The notes under the pieces: generated by a model
Told to the model about the DNA's origin: nothing
Database searches by the model: none
The model's input: only the letters and a program-made list of their open reading frames with translations
Made by a program: the position numbers and the translations under genes
In this document: piece by piece, positions 18,876 to 27,259 of the stretch
Layout: each line of letters starts with the position of its first letter
How positions within the stretch are numbered: the stretch's first letter is position 1
Source: an uncultured Solirubrobacteraceae bacterium
Lineage (GTDB): Bacteria > Actinomycetota > Thermoleophilia > Solirubrobacterales > Solirubrobacteraceae
DNA: 64,000 nucleotides
NCBI GenBank assembly: GCA_963837485.1
Contig: CAWINP010000017.1
Coordinates: 21,885 to 85,884 of the forward strand
Direction: 5' to 3'

Positions 18876-20546
18876 TCAGGCCGCCTTCAGCAGCTCCTGG
18901 GCGTGGCGTCGGGCCGCCGCATCCTCGCGGTCGGCCCCCAACATCCGGACCAGCTCGCCCACGACGTCGCCCTTGCGCAGCTGGGTGACCGTGGTGCGGG
19001 TGGTGCCGGCCGAGGTGTCCTTGACGATCGTGAAGTGGCGATCGGCCAGCGACGCGATCTGCGGCAGGTGGGTGATGCAGATGACCTGGCGGCCCTCGGC
19101 GAGCGCGCGCAGCTGGTCGCCGACCGCGCGCGCCGTCTGGCCGCCGATCCCGGCGTCGACCTCGTCGAACACCAGCGTCGCCGGGCCGGCCTGCGCGGCC
19201 GCGCCCATCAGCGCGAGCATGACGCGCGAGAGCTCTCCGCCCGACGCCGTCTCCCGCAGCGGGCCGGCGGGCACGCCGGGGTTGGGCGCGATCAGGAACT
19301 CGACGTCGTCGGCGCCCGTCGGGCCCGGGACGTCGCGCGGCGTCAGCGCGGCGGTGAACTCGCCGCCCTCCATCGCGAGCGCCTCCAGGCGGTCGCGCAC
19401 GGCCTCCGCGAGCGCCTTCCCAGCCGCTTCGCGCGCTTTCGTGAGGCCGCGCGCGACCTTCGCGAGCGCCGCCTGGGCGGCCTCGAGCTCGCGCTCGGTG
19501 GACTCGATCGCCTCCTCGGCGCCGGTCAGCTCCGCGCGGCGGATGCGGCAGGACTCGGCGTACTCGAGCACCGCGGCGACCGTCCCGCCGTGCTTGCGCT
19601 TCAGCCTGTCCAGCAGCGCGAGCCGCTCCTCGACCTCGTTGAGGAGACCGTCCCGCCCGCCCAGCGCGTCGATGCCCTCGGCATAGTGGCGCAGCTCGTG
19701 GACGACGTCGTCGGCCTCCAGGGAGACCGCGCGCACGCGGGCGGCGAGCTCGTCCAGCTCCGCGTCCACGCCGCCGACGGCCTCCAGCGCCTGTGCGGCG
19801 ACCGCCAGCGCACGGGCGGCTCCGCCGTCCTCTTCGCCGCCGTCCAGCGCGCCGACGCCGGATGCCACCGCGCCACGCAGGGCCTCGACGTGGCGCAGCC
19901 GGCCGCGCTCGGCCTCTAGCGACGTCTCCTCCTCCGGAGACGGCTCCGCGCGCTCGATCTCCGCCAGCTCCCACTCCAGGAGATCCAGCTCCCGGTCGCG
20001 CGCGCCGGCGCGCTCGCGCAGCATCGCCAGTTGCTCCTGCAGCTCTCGCTCGTGCGCGTACGCGGCGCGGCAGCCGGCGCGGCGCTCGGCCTGCTCGGGC
20101 CCCGCGAAGCCGTCCAGGATCTCCAGCTGGGCCGACGCGAGCATCAGCTTGCGGTGCTCGTGCTGGCCGTAGAACGACAGCACCGCCCCGCCCGCGTCGC
20201 GCAGATCGGCCGCCGTCGCGCTGCGACCGCCCAGGTACGCGCGCGTGCGGCCCTCGGCGCTGACGCGACGGGCGAGCACCAGCTCGTCCGCGTCGCCGGG
20301 CAGCCGGTCGCCCAGATCCTCGCGCAGCGCTTCCGTGAGCGCGAACACCCCCTCGACGTAGGCCTCCGCGGCGCCGGGGCGAACGATGCCCGAGCGCGGC
20401 TTGCCGCCGAGCAGGAGGTCCAGCGCGTGCGCGAGCACGGTCTTGCCCGCGCCGGTCTCCCCCGTGAGCACGTTCAGACCCGGGCCGAGGCGGAGCTCTG
20501 CCCGCTCGATCAGGAGGAGGTTCTCTACGCGCAGCTCGTGCAGCAC
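18876..20546 (-). CDS. recN: DNA repair protein RecN
   Basis: 'TGETGAGKT', coiled coil, 'ASGGELSR', 'FDEVDAGIGG', 'ITHLPQIA'. The start is taken at GTG 20546. Confidence 0.95.
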   Translation of the reverse strand: MLHELRVENLLLIERAELRLGPGLNVLTGETGAGKTVLAHALDLLLGGKPRSGIVRPGAAEAYVEGVFALTEALREDLGDRLPGDADELVLARRVSAEGRTRAYLGGRSATAADLRDAGGAVLSFYGQHEHRKLMLASAQLEILDGFAGPEQAERRAGCRAAYAHERELQEQLAMLRERAGARDRELDLLEWELAEIERAEPSPEEETSLEAERGRLRHVEALRGAVASGVGALDGGEEDGGAARALAVAAQALEAVGGVDAELDELAARVRAVSLEADDVVHELRHYAEGIDALGGRDGLLNEVEERLALLDRLKRKHGGTVAAVLEYAESCRIRRAELTGAEEAIESTERELEAAQAALAKVARGLTKAREAAGKALAEAVRDRLEALAMEGGEFTAALTPRDVPGPTGADDVEFLIAPNPGVPAGPLRETASGGELSRVMLALMGAAAQAGPATLVFDEVDAGIGGQTARAVGDQLRALAEGRQVICITHLPQIASLADRHFTIVKDTSAGTTRTTVTQLRKGDVVGELVRMLGADREDAAARRHAQELLKAA

Positions 20547-20667
20547 CCCAGGGGGTCTACCAGCGGGTGCCGACGGATCGGGCCCGGATCCGCGCCGCCG
20601 TGCGTGTTCGGTCACGAAGTTGGTGCGGATCCGTGACAGGTCGGGCATCCCTCGCGTAGTAACGGGC

Positions 20668-21112
20668 ATGGGTCGCCCGGGCCTGCCGTTGATCGTCCTG
20701 CTGACGTTGCTCGCCTCTTACGTCGCGTTCGGCGTCGCGCTCGCCGTCTGGCCGAGGGGCGAGACGAGCTACGGCTCGGGTCCGAAGCTGCACCCGCCGA
20801 GCAGTGCCGGCGAGCGCGCCGCCGCAGCGCCGGGATCGTGTACCTGCGGGCGCTCCAGCGCCGCGACGTCGTGGCGGCATGCCGCGTCGCGGACGCCGGG
20901 CTCGGCCGGCGGCTGGGCTGCGAGGCGCCCGCCTGCGCATCCCGCGTGCGCTGCGCCAGTCGCCCGGACGGCTGAGGGCGATCGACGCGGACGTCGATGG
21001 CGACGCGGCGGGGCTCGCCGTCTGCGGCGGGACGTGCGTGAACTTCCTCAGCCTGCGGCGATCCGCCGGCGCGTGGCGCGTCACCGCCCACCACATCGGC
21101 GCCTACGCCTAG
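20668..21112 (+). pseudogene. Small membrane-anchored hypothetical protein broken by two frameshifts
   Basis: A TM N-terminus 'MGRPGLPLIVLLTLL...', then 'AGIVYLRALQRRDVVAACR' in a second frame from about 20829, then 'RLRIPRAL...GAWRVTAHHIGAYA*' in a third frame from about 20930. Confidence 0.5.
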
Positions 21113-21960
21113 CGCGTGAGCCGGCCGAACCGCTCGCGCAGGCGGTGGTAGAAGGACGCGCCCGGGAGCTGCGCGAGCGACGCATGCATGCGGCCGAACT
21201 CGATGTACATGTCCTCGCCGGGCGAGAGCTCGAGCGTCGGGCGGCCGTCGACGTGGATCTCCACCGGCTCCTCGCGCGAGGCGTTGTTGATCGTCAGCTC
21301 GTCCGTGGGCGCGACGACGAGCGCGCGGGCGGTGAGCGAGTGCGGCGCGATGAACGAGACGACGTATCCCTCCACGCCCCAGGCCAGGACGGGGCCGCCG
21401 TTGGCGAGGTTGTAGCCGGTCGAGCCCTGCGGCGTGGCGACGACGAGCCCGTCACAGCGCACGCGGCCGATCTCCTCGCCCGCCAGCGCATACGCGAGGT
21501 CGGCGACCCGCAGGCCGGCCTTGCGATGCACCGAGATGTCGTTGATCGCGCTCCAGGTGCCCTCGGGGCGGCCGACGGAGATCGTCGGCAGCTCGATCGT
21601 CTCGAACTCGCCGCGGAACGCGCGATCGAAGTCGTCGCCCAGGGCCGTGGGGTCGACGGTGGCGAGGAAGCCGACCTCGCCGTAGTTGACGCCGAACACG
21701 GGCACGCCGGTGCCTGCGTAATGCCGCAGGGCGGCGAGGATCGTGCCGTCGCCGCCGAGGGCGAAGCAAACCTGCACGTCGGGCGGGAGCTCCGGGACGA
21801 TCTCCACTCCCGGGCCGATCTCGAGACCGTGCTTGGCCGCCTCGTCCTCGCTGAACAGCAGCGTCGCCCGCGCCCTCCGGGCGGCCTCGATCAGCTCCAG
21901 CGCCGCCGGCGTGGTCTCCGAGGTTCGCCGGTGCGTCAGCACGCTCGCGCGCCTCACCAT
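21109..21960 (-). CDS. nadK: NAD kinase
   Basis: Motifs 'GGDGTIL', 'GEVGFL', 'IND' and 'DGLVVATPQGSTGYNLANGGP'. Confidence 0.95.
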   Translation of the reverse strand: MVRRASVLTHRRTSETTPAALELIEAARRARATLLFSEDEAAKHGLEIGPGVEIVPELPPDVQVCFALGGDGTILAALRHYAGTGVPVFGVNYGEVGFLATVDPTALGDDFDRAFRGEFETIELPTISVGRPEGTWSAINDISVHRKAGLRVADLAYALAGEEIGRVRCDGLVVATPQGSTGYNLANGGPVLAWGVEGYVVSFIAPHSLTARALVVAPTDELTINNASREEPVEIHVDGRPTLELSPGEDMYIEFGRMHASLAQLPGASFYHRLRERFGRLTR

Positions 21961-22727
21961 GTCTCCAGCGCCTCCGCCGCGCCCTCGCGCGCGCCCTCGG
22001 CGAGCCAGAGGAACGTCTCGCGGTTGCCGGACGGCCCCTCCAGCGACGACGGCGCCGCGGCCATCACGGTCGCTCCGAGTCCGCTGGCGGCGTCGGCGAC
22101 CGAGAGCACGGCCTCGCGCCGCAGCTCCGGGTCGCGCACCACGCCGCCCTTGCCGATGCGCTCGCGGCCGACCTCGAACTGCGGCTTGACCATCGCCAGG
22201 CAGTCGAACGCGTCGTCCGCGCAGGCGAGCACGGCCGGCAGCACCTTGGTGAGCGAGATGAAGGAGACGTCGAGCGTGATCAGCTCGGGCCGGTAGGGCA
22301 GCTCGGCGGGCGTCAGCGCGCGTGCATTGACGCGCTCGAGGACGGTGACGCGGGGGTCCTGGCGCAGCCGGTAGTCGAGCTCGCCGTAGGCCACGTCAAG
22401 CGCGACGACGTGCTCGGCGCCGCGCTGGAGCAGGCAGTCGGTGAAGCCGCCGGTCGAGGCGCCGACGTCGAGCGCCCGGCGTCCGGCGACCGCCACGCCG
22501 AGCGTGTCCAGCGCGTTCGCGAGCTTGACGCCGCCGCGGCTCACGTAGGGCGGCGGCGCGTCGACCGCGAGCTCGATCGCCGGGTCGACGAGCTGTCCGG
22601 GCTTGGAGGCGCGGCGCCGGCCCGGGCCGAGGTGCACAGAGCCGGCGAGCACGGCGGCCGCGGCGCGCGTGCGTGACTCGAACAGGCCGCGCTCCGCCAG
22701 CAGGGAGTCCAGGCGCACGCGGGACAC
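21954..22727 (-). CDS. tlyA: TlyA family rRNA 2'-O-methyltransferase
   Basis: S4 domain 'RLDSLL', then 'YVSRGGVKL', 'DVGASTGGFTDCLLQRGA', 'DVSFISL' and 'KPQFE'. Confidence 0.95.
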   Translation of the reverse strand: MSRVRLDSLLAERGLFESRTRAAAAVLAGSVHLGPGRRRASKPGQLVDPAIELAVDAPPPYVSRGGVKLANALDTLGVAVAGRRALDVGASTGGFTDCLLQRGAEHVVALDVAYGELDYRLRQDPRVTVLERVNARALTPAELPYRPELITLDVSFISLTKVLPAVLACADDAFDCLAMVKPQFEVGRERIGKGGVVRDPELRREAVLSVADAASGLGATVMAAAPSSLEGPSGNRETFLWLAEGAREGAAEALETW

Positions 22728-22788
22728 GGGCCAACACGGTACCGGCCGGGCGCGCGACGGCGACGTGGCGCGAAGGCCGTGCGGTGCG

Positions 22789-22817
22789 CTCAAGGCGCCC
22801 GCGGCCGCAGCCGATGC
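22789..22817 (+). promoter_or_regulatory. Sigma-28/WhiG-type promoter of the matrixin-like gene
   Basis: CTCAAG-N15-GCCGATGC, ending 7 nt before the ATG. Confidence 0.7.
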
Positions 22818-22824
22818 GACCGTG

Positions 22825-23883
22825 ATGCGACGCGCGTTGCCCCTCCTGCTGCTCGCCCTTCTGGTCATTCCGGCAGGCGCGGCCGCCCAGGACGGCGACG
22901 ATCCGGAGTCCGACCCCACTCCCACTGAAACGCCGACGCCTCCCGTCGATGACGACGACGCGTCCGGCCTTCCCGCGCTCGACTACGATGGCCCGGCCGC
23001 GCGGATCTCGCGCGGAGCCAGGCTGACGTTCGCCGTGCGGACCGACGCGCCTCCCGGCAGCGTGATCGTGCGCGTCTCGATGTCCGATGTGACCGACGAG
23101 GACGGGCTGCTCTCCGGCGACGAGGGCGACGTCGTCGACGAGGTCGCGTCGCCCGCCGATGACGGCGTGCTCGAATGGCGGGCGCCCGCGTCGTCGATCC
23201 TGCGCCAGCGCCCGGGGCGCTACTTCTGGCAGGCGTATCTCGACGGTCCGGTCGCCGACGACGCCGAGGAGCCGATCGGGCCCGTCCGCGAGCTCACCGT
23301 CACGCAGCCCGCCGCGCTGCGCGGCCGCGGGAACCTGTTCCCGCGCTTCGGACGGCGAGGCGGGACGAGCTTCTACCTGTCCTCGGCGGGCTTTCCGTCA
23401 GACGTCTCCGGCAAGCGCTTCCAGGCGGTGGTCAGGACCGCCGCGGCCCGCTGGGGCCTGCGCGCGCTGCGCTGGACGAGCCTCGGCGCCGGCCACCAGG
23501 ACGGGTTCAACGTCGCCGGCTTCTCGTCAGCCGTCCCTCTCGGCGTGCTCGGGGTCGAGACCGATTACACGCGGCGAGGGCGCGTGATCGAGCGCGATCT
23601 CGCGCTCAATGCCGACCAGACCTGGGCGGACGGGCCGGGGTATCCGGGCCTCGATCAGGTCGACCTCGAGAGCGTGCTGCTGCACGAGCTCGGGCACATG
23701 GCGGGCAACCGGCGCCATCGCAAGCGCTGCGCGAACTCGCCGATGATCGAGGCCCTCGGCGAGGGCGAATGGTGGCGCGGCGCGCGCGACCACTGGTTCG
23801 CGGACTGCTCGCGCGGCGCCCGGGCGGCGCGCGCGACCGGCGCGCTCGGCCGGCTGGCGCACCGCGTCGTGCCGATCGACTAA
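22825..23883 (+). CDS. Secreted matrixin-like (metzincin) metalloprotease
   Basis: Signal peptide, acidic/Pro linker, 'LHELGHMAGNRRH' and the Met-turn 'SPM'. Confidence 0.75.
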   Translation: MRRALPLLLLALLVIPAGAAAQDGDDPESDPTPTETPTPPVDDDDASGLPALDYDGPAARISRGARLTFAVRTDAPPGSVIVRVSMSDVTDEDGLLSGDEGDVVDEVASPADDGVLEWRAPASSILRQRPGRYFWQAYLDGPVADDAEEPIGPVRELTVTQPAALRGRGNLFPRFGRRGGTSFYLSSAGFPSDVSGKRFQAVVRTAAARWGLRALRWTSLGAGHQDGFNVAGFSSAVPLGVLGVETDYTRRGRVIERDLALNADQTWADGPGYPGLDQVDLESVLLHELGHMAGNRRHRKRCANSPMIEALGEGEWWRGARDHWFADCSRGARAARATGALGRLAHRVVPID

Positions 23884-24785
23884 CGGCTGACGGACACCGA
23901 GCGCGTCGTCGTATACGGCTCGCCGCCGGTCGGCGTGACCGTGATCGTGACCGTCAGCGCGAGCGTGCGCTTGCCGCGCAGCGCCTTCTTGGCCTTCGCG
24001 TCGAGCGGGACGGTGAACGCGAACTTCCCCGCCGGCGCGGGCTTGGAGTAGCTGCCGACGGCGACCGGCTTCGGCCCGCGGCCGCCGATGGCCGAGCTGC
24101 GGGCGGTGACCTCGACGCGGACGCGCGAGCCGGCCCGGGCGACGACGATCGAGCCGCGCACCGTCGCGCCGCGCTGGCTGCGGGTGAGCTGCGGCGACGA
24201 CGCCGCGGGGCCGGGTGGGAACGGCGTCGCGGCCGGGAAGACGCTGGGTGACAGGGCGGGCGTCGGGGTGGGTGTGGGCGTCGCGGTGGGAGTCGGCGTC
24301 GGCGTGGGAGTCGGCGTCGGCGTCGGCGTGGGGGCGACGGAATCGGTGTCGGCGTGGGCGTCGGGGTCCCGGTCGCGGACTCGACGACGACCGTGCCCGC
24401 CATGAACCCGTGCTGGCCGCAGACGAACTCATACGTCCCCGGCGCCATGAAGCGGCATGTGCCGGCCCAGCCCGCGGGCGACGGGAGCGCCGGCAGCGGC
24501 GGGACGGGACCGACGTCCTCGCCCACCGTCTGCGTGCACGCCGGCTGCACCTCGCCGGTGAAGACGACGTTGTGGCTGTTGCCGCCCTCCGGATAGGAGA
24601 ACGTGACGGTGCCGCCGGCGGCGATCGTCGTGAGGCTCTCTTCCGTCGCGATGTCCTCGAACCCGAAGTCGAAGGCTTTTGACGCTCGCGTTCAGGGGCG
24701 GCGCTTCCGAGGCCGAGCCGTACGCGAACGCCGGGATCGCGATGAGCGCGGCGCAGACCAGCCAGGGCAGGTACCGGCTTCCCAC
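23880..24785 (-). pseudogene. Secreted cupredoxin-domain protein with Thr-Pro linker; two frameshifts (possibly sequencing errors)
   Basis: Signal 'MGSRYLPWL...', 'HNVVF...CGQHGFM', TP repeats and a basic beta-rich C-terminus. The shifts fall at homopolymers T4 (24677-24680) and G5 (24330-24334). Confidence 0.75.
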
Positions 24786-24898
24786 GGCGTGCGGTACGCA
24801 CCAGTCTTCAGCAGTCGTTCACGCGCGGTCCGTGGAGGTCGCTCCACGCGAGGCGGGGCGCCGCGGCCGGACGTGCCGCGGCGCCGGGCGCCTGACCC

Positions 24899-25768
24899 CT
24901 AAGGAGACGTCGTGGAGAGCGTGAACGTGAGCGTCTTGGCGTACGTGCCCGTGCGGAGCGGGTCCGTCGCCGCCACCGGCTGCTTGAACCCGACGGTGAC
25001 CGCGTCGTTGGCGACCGGTCCGCCCCAGGTGAGCAGGGTGAGCGGCGTCGCCGCGGGGGGAACCGGCGCGTAGGCGGTGTTCGTGTTGGCGGCGTTGGTC
25101 GCCTTGACCTGCAGCGCCTGCGCCATCACGTACGTGCCATTGACGAGGTGACCGGGCGCGTTCGTGCTCGGGTCGTGAACCGTCAGCGTTCCGTCGCCGG
25201 CGCTGCTGGTCACGATCGCGTTGACCGAGGCGGTGTAGTCCGCCGCGACGCCGAGGACGAAGGTGCCCAGGCTCGCGCTGGTGCCGATGCCGAGCGAGAG
25301 CGTGGCGGGCACGTTCCCTCCCGTGCCGGCGTCCTTGCTGTCACCGATGACGTTGACCGTCCCGGTCATCGTCGGATGGACCTGGCAGCTGAACGCGTAC
25401 GTCCCCGGCGCGTCGAACTTGCACGAGACCGTCCACGGGGCGCGGGCCGGCGGACTTGGGCTCGGCGGCGGGCCCGCGACTCCGCCGGCGCGCTGGCACG
25501 ACGCCGGCTTGAGCGCGCCCGCGAAGTTGACGTTGTGCGTCGACGGGAAGGCGGCCACGGGGTAGTCGAACGTGACCGTCCCGGACGTGGCGATGGTGGT
25601 TGTGCTGCTCGTGGTCCCGGTGACGTACCACCGGTGCTGCGACGTCGACAGGTCGGTCGCGGTGAAGCTCGCCGTCAGCGGCGGCGGCTCGGCAAACGCC
25701 GTGGCCGGCACCGACAGCGCCGCCATGGCTCCGGCCGCGAGCCATGGCAGGTACCTCTTTCCCTTCAA
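24899..25768 (-). CDS. Secreted cupredoxin (type-1 Cu) protein with WxL-like C-terminal domain
   Basis: Signal peptide, 'HNVNF...CQVHPTM' and the C-terminus '[16 protein letters not shown]'. Confidence 0.8.
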   Translation of the reverse strand: MKGKRYLPWLAAGAMAALSVPATAFAEPPPLTASFTATDLSTSQHRWYVTGTTSSTTTIATSGTVTFDYPVAAFPSTHNVNFAGALKPASCQRAGGVAGPPPSPSPPARAPWTVSCKFDAPGTYAFSCQVHPTMTGTVNVIGDSKDAGTGGNVPATLSLGIGTSASLGTFVLGVAADYTASVNAIVTSSAGDGTLTVHDPSTNAPGHLVNGTYVMAQALQVKATNAANTNTAYAPVPPAATPLTLLTWGGPVANDAVTVGFKQPVAATDPLRTGTYAKTLTFTLSTTSP

Positions 25769-25850
25769 AGTCAGCCCCCTCTTTGGCGTTCGTGCACTTC
25801 GTGAGACGGAGCCGCCGCGACCGGACGTCGCGACGGCCCCGCTGTCGTCT

Positions 25851-27179
25851 TTACGGCGTCGTCGTGGACAACGTGAACGTCAGGGTCTTGCTGTAGGTGC
25901 CCGTGCGCAGCGGCTCGGTGGAACCGACCGACTGCTTGAGCCCGATCGTCACCTGGTCATTGCTCGCCGGACCGGCGTACGTGAGCAGCGTCAGCGGGTT
26001 GCCGCCGACCGGCGCGAACGCCGTGCTCGGATTGGCTGCGTTGGTGGCCCGCGCCTGGAGCGGCTGCGTCAGGGCGAAGGAGCCGTTGACGAGGCGCCCG
26101 GCGGCCGTCGCGCTCGCGTCGGCCACGCTCAGCGTCGCGTCCGCGGCCGAGCTGTTCACGACCGCGCCAACCGAGGTCTCGTAGTCATGCGCGAGGCCTG
26201 CGACGAGCGAGCCGAGGTTCGCGCTGCTCGAGATCGACAGCGACAGCGTCCCGTTGACCGAGCCTGAGACCTGGCTCGGGAGGCTGATCGAGGCGGCCGG
26301 CGTCGGCGTGGGCGTCGGCGTGGGAGTCGGCGTCGGCGTGGGAGTCGGCGTCGGCGTGGGAGTCGGCGTCGGCGTGGGAGTCGGCGTAGGCGTCGGCGTG
26401 GGAGTCGGCGTCGGCGTAGGCGTCGGCGTAGGAGTCGGCGTCGGCGTAGGCGTCGGCGTGGGAGTCGGCGTCGGCGTGGGAGTCGGCGTCGGCGTGGGAG
26501 TCGGCGTCGGCGTGGGAGTCGGCGTCGGCGTAGGAGTCGGCGTCGGCGTAGGAGTCGGCGTCGGCGTAGGAGTCGGCGTCGGAGTCGGCGTCGGAGTCGG
26601 CGTAGGAGTCGGCGTCGGCGTAGGAGTCGGCGTAGGAGTCGGCGTCGGAGTCGCCGTGGGAGTCGGCGTCGGCGTAGGCGTCGCCGTGGGAGTGGCCGTC
26701 GGCGTCGCAGTCGGCGTCGGCGTGGGCGTCGGTGTCGCCGAGCCCGTCACGACGATCGTGCCCGTCATGAACCCGTGCGCGTCGCAGAAGAAGCTGTAGG
26801 TCCCCGGCACGGTGAACGTGCAGCTGCCCGACCAGCCGCTCGGCGTCGGGAAGTGCGGCAGCGGCGGCACGGCGCCGGTGTTCACGCCCGCCGTCTGTGT
26901 GCACGACGCCGGCTGCGGACCGTCGCCGAAGTCGACGTTGTGGACGTTGCCGCCCTCCGGATAGGAGAACGTGACTTTCGCCCCCGCGGCGATGGTCACC
27001 AGCGGATCGCCGGTGTCGGGGTTCTCGAACCCGAAGTCGAACGCGTTGATCGCGCCGTCAGCCAGCGGGGCGCTCGCGCTCGAAGGCGATGATGCCTCTC
27101 CATAGGCGAGTGCCGGGATCCCTATGCCGGCGGTCGCGGCACAGATCAGCCACGGCAAGTACCTCGTCCTGAGCCCCAC
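25851..27179 (-). CDS. Secreted cupredoxin protein with long (TP)n stalk and WxL-like C-terminal domain
   Basis: 'HNVDF...CDAHGFM', a 146-aa TP tract and the C-terminus '[16 protein letters not shown]'. Confidence 0.8.
   Translation of the reverse strand: MGLRTRYLPWLICAATAGIGIPALAYGEASSPSSASAPLADGAINAFDFGFENPDTGDPLVTIAAGAKVTFSYPEGGNVHNVDFGDGPQPASCTQTAGVNTGAVPPLPHFPTPSGWSGSCTFTVPGTYSFFCDAHGFMTGTIVVTGSATPTPTPTPTATPTATPTATPTPTPTPTATPTPTPTPTPTPTPTPTPTPTPTPTPTPTPTPTPTPTPTPTPTPTPTPTPTPTPTPTPTPTPTPTPTPTPTPTPTPTPTPTPTPTPTPTPTPTPTPTPTPTPTPTPTPTPTPTPTPTPAASISLPSQVSGSVNGTLSLSISSSANLGSLVAGLAHDYETSVGAVVNSSAADATLSVADASATAAGRLVNGSFALTQPLQARATNAANPSTAFAPVGGNPLTLLTYAGPASNDQVTIGLKQSVGSTEPLRTGTYSKTLTFTLSTTTP
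26298..26735. repeat. Hexanucleotide microsatellite encoding about 146 aa of Thr-Pro
   Basis: Continuous ACN-CCN codon pairs on the minus strand, with a few ACN-GCN. Confidence 0.95.
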
Positions 27180-27259
27180 GCAGCCCCCCTCCGGAAGGTG
27201 TCTTTCCGGCCGGGTCTACGCAGGGCTGGGAACCGCCGTTCGACGGGTTCCCCGTTGAT

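Noticed and set aside
20597-20610. Possible LexA box upstream of recN
   Set aside because: Only one half-site (GTTCG) matches.
21954-22727. tlyA as a hemolysin/virulence gene
   Set aside because: It is the standard rRNA methyltransferase in the conserved tlyA-nadK-recN block.
26254-26799. Poly(VG) and poly(DA) ORFs
   Set aside because: These are alternative readings of the Thr-Pro microsatellite.
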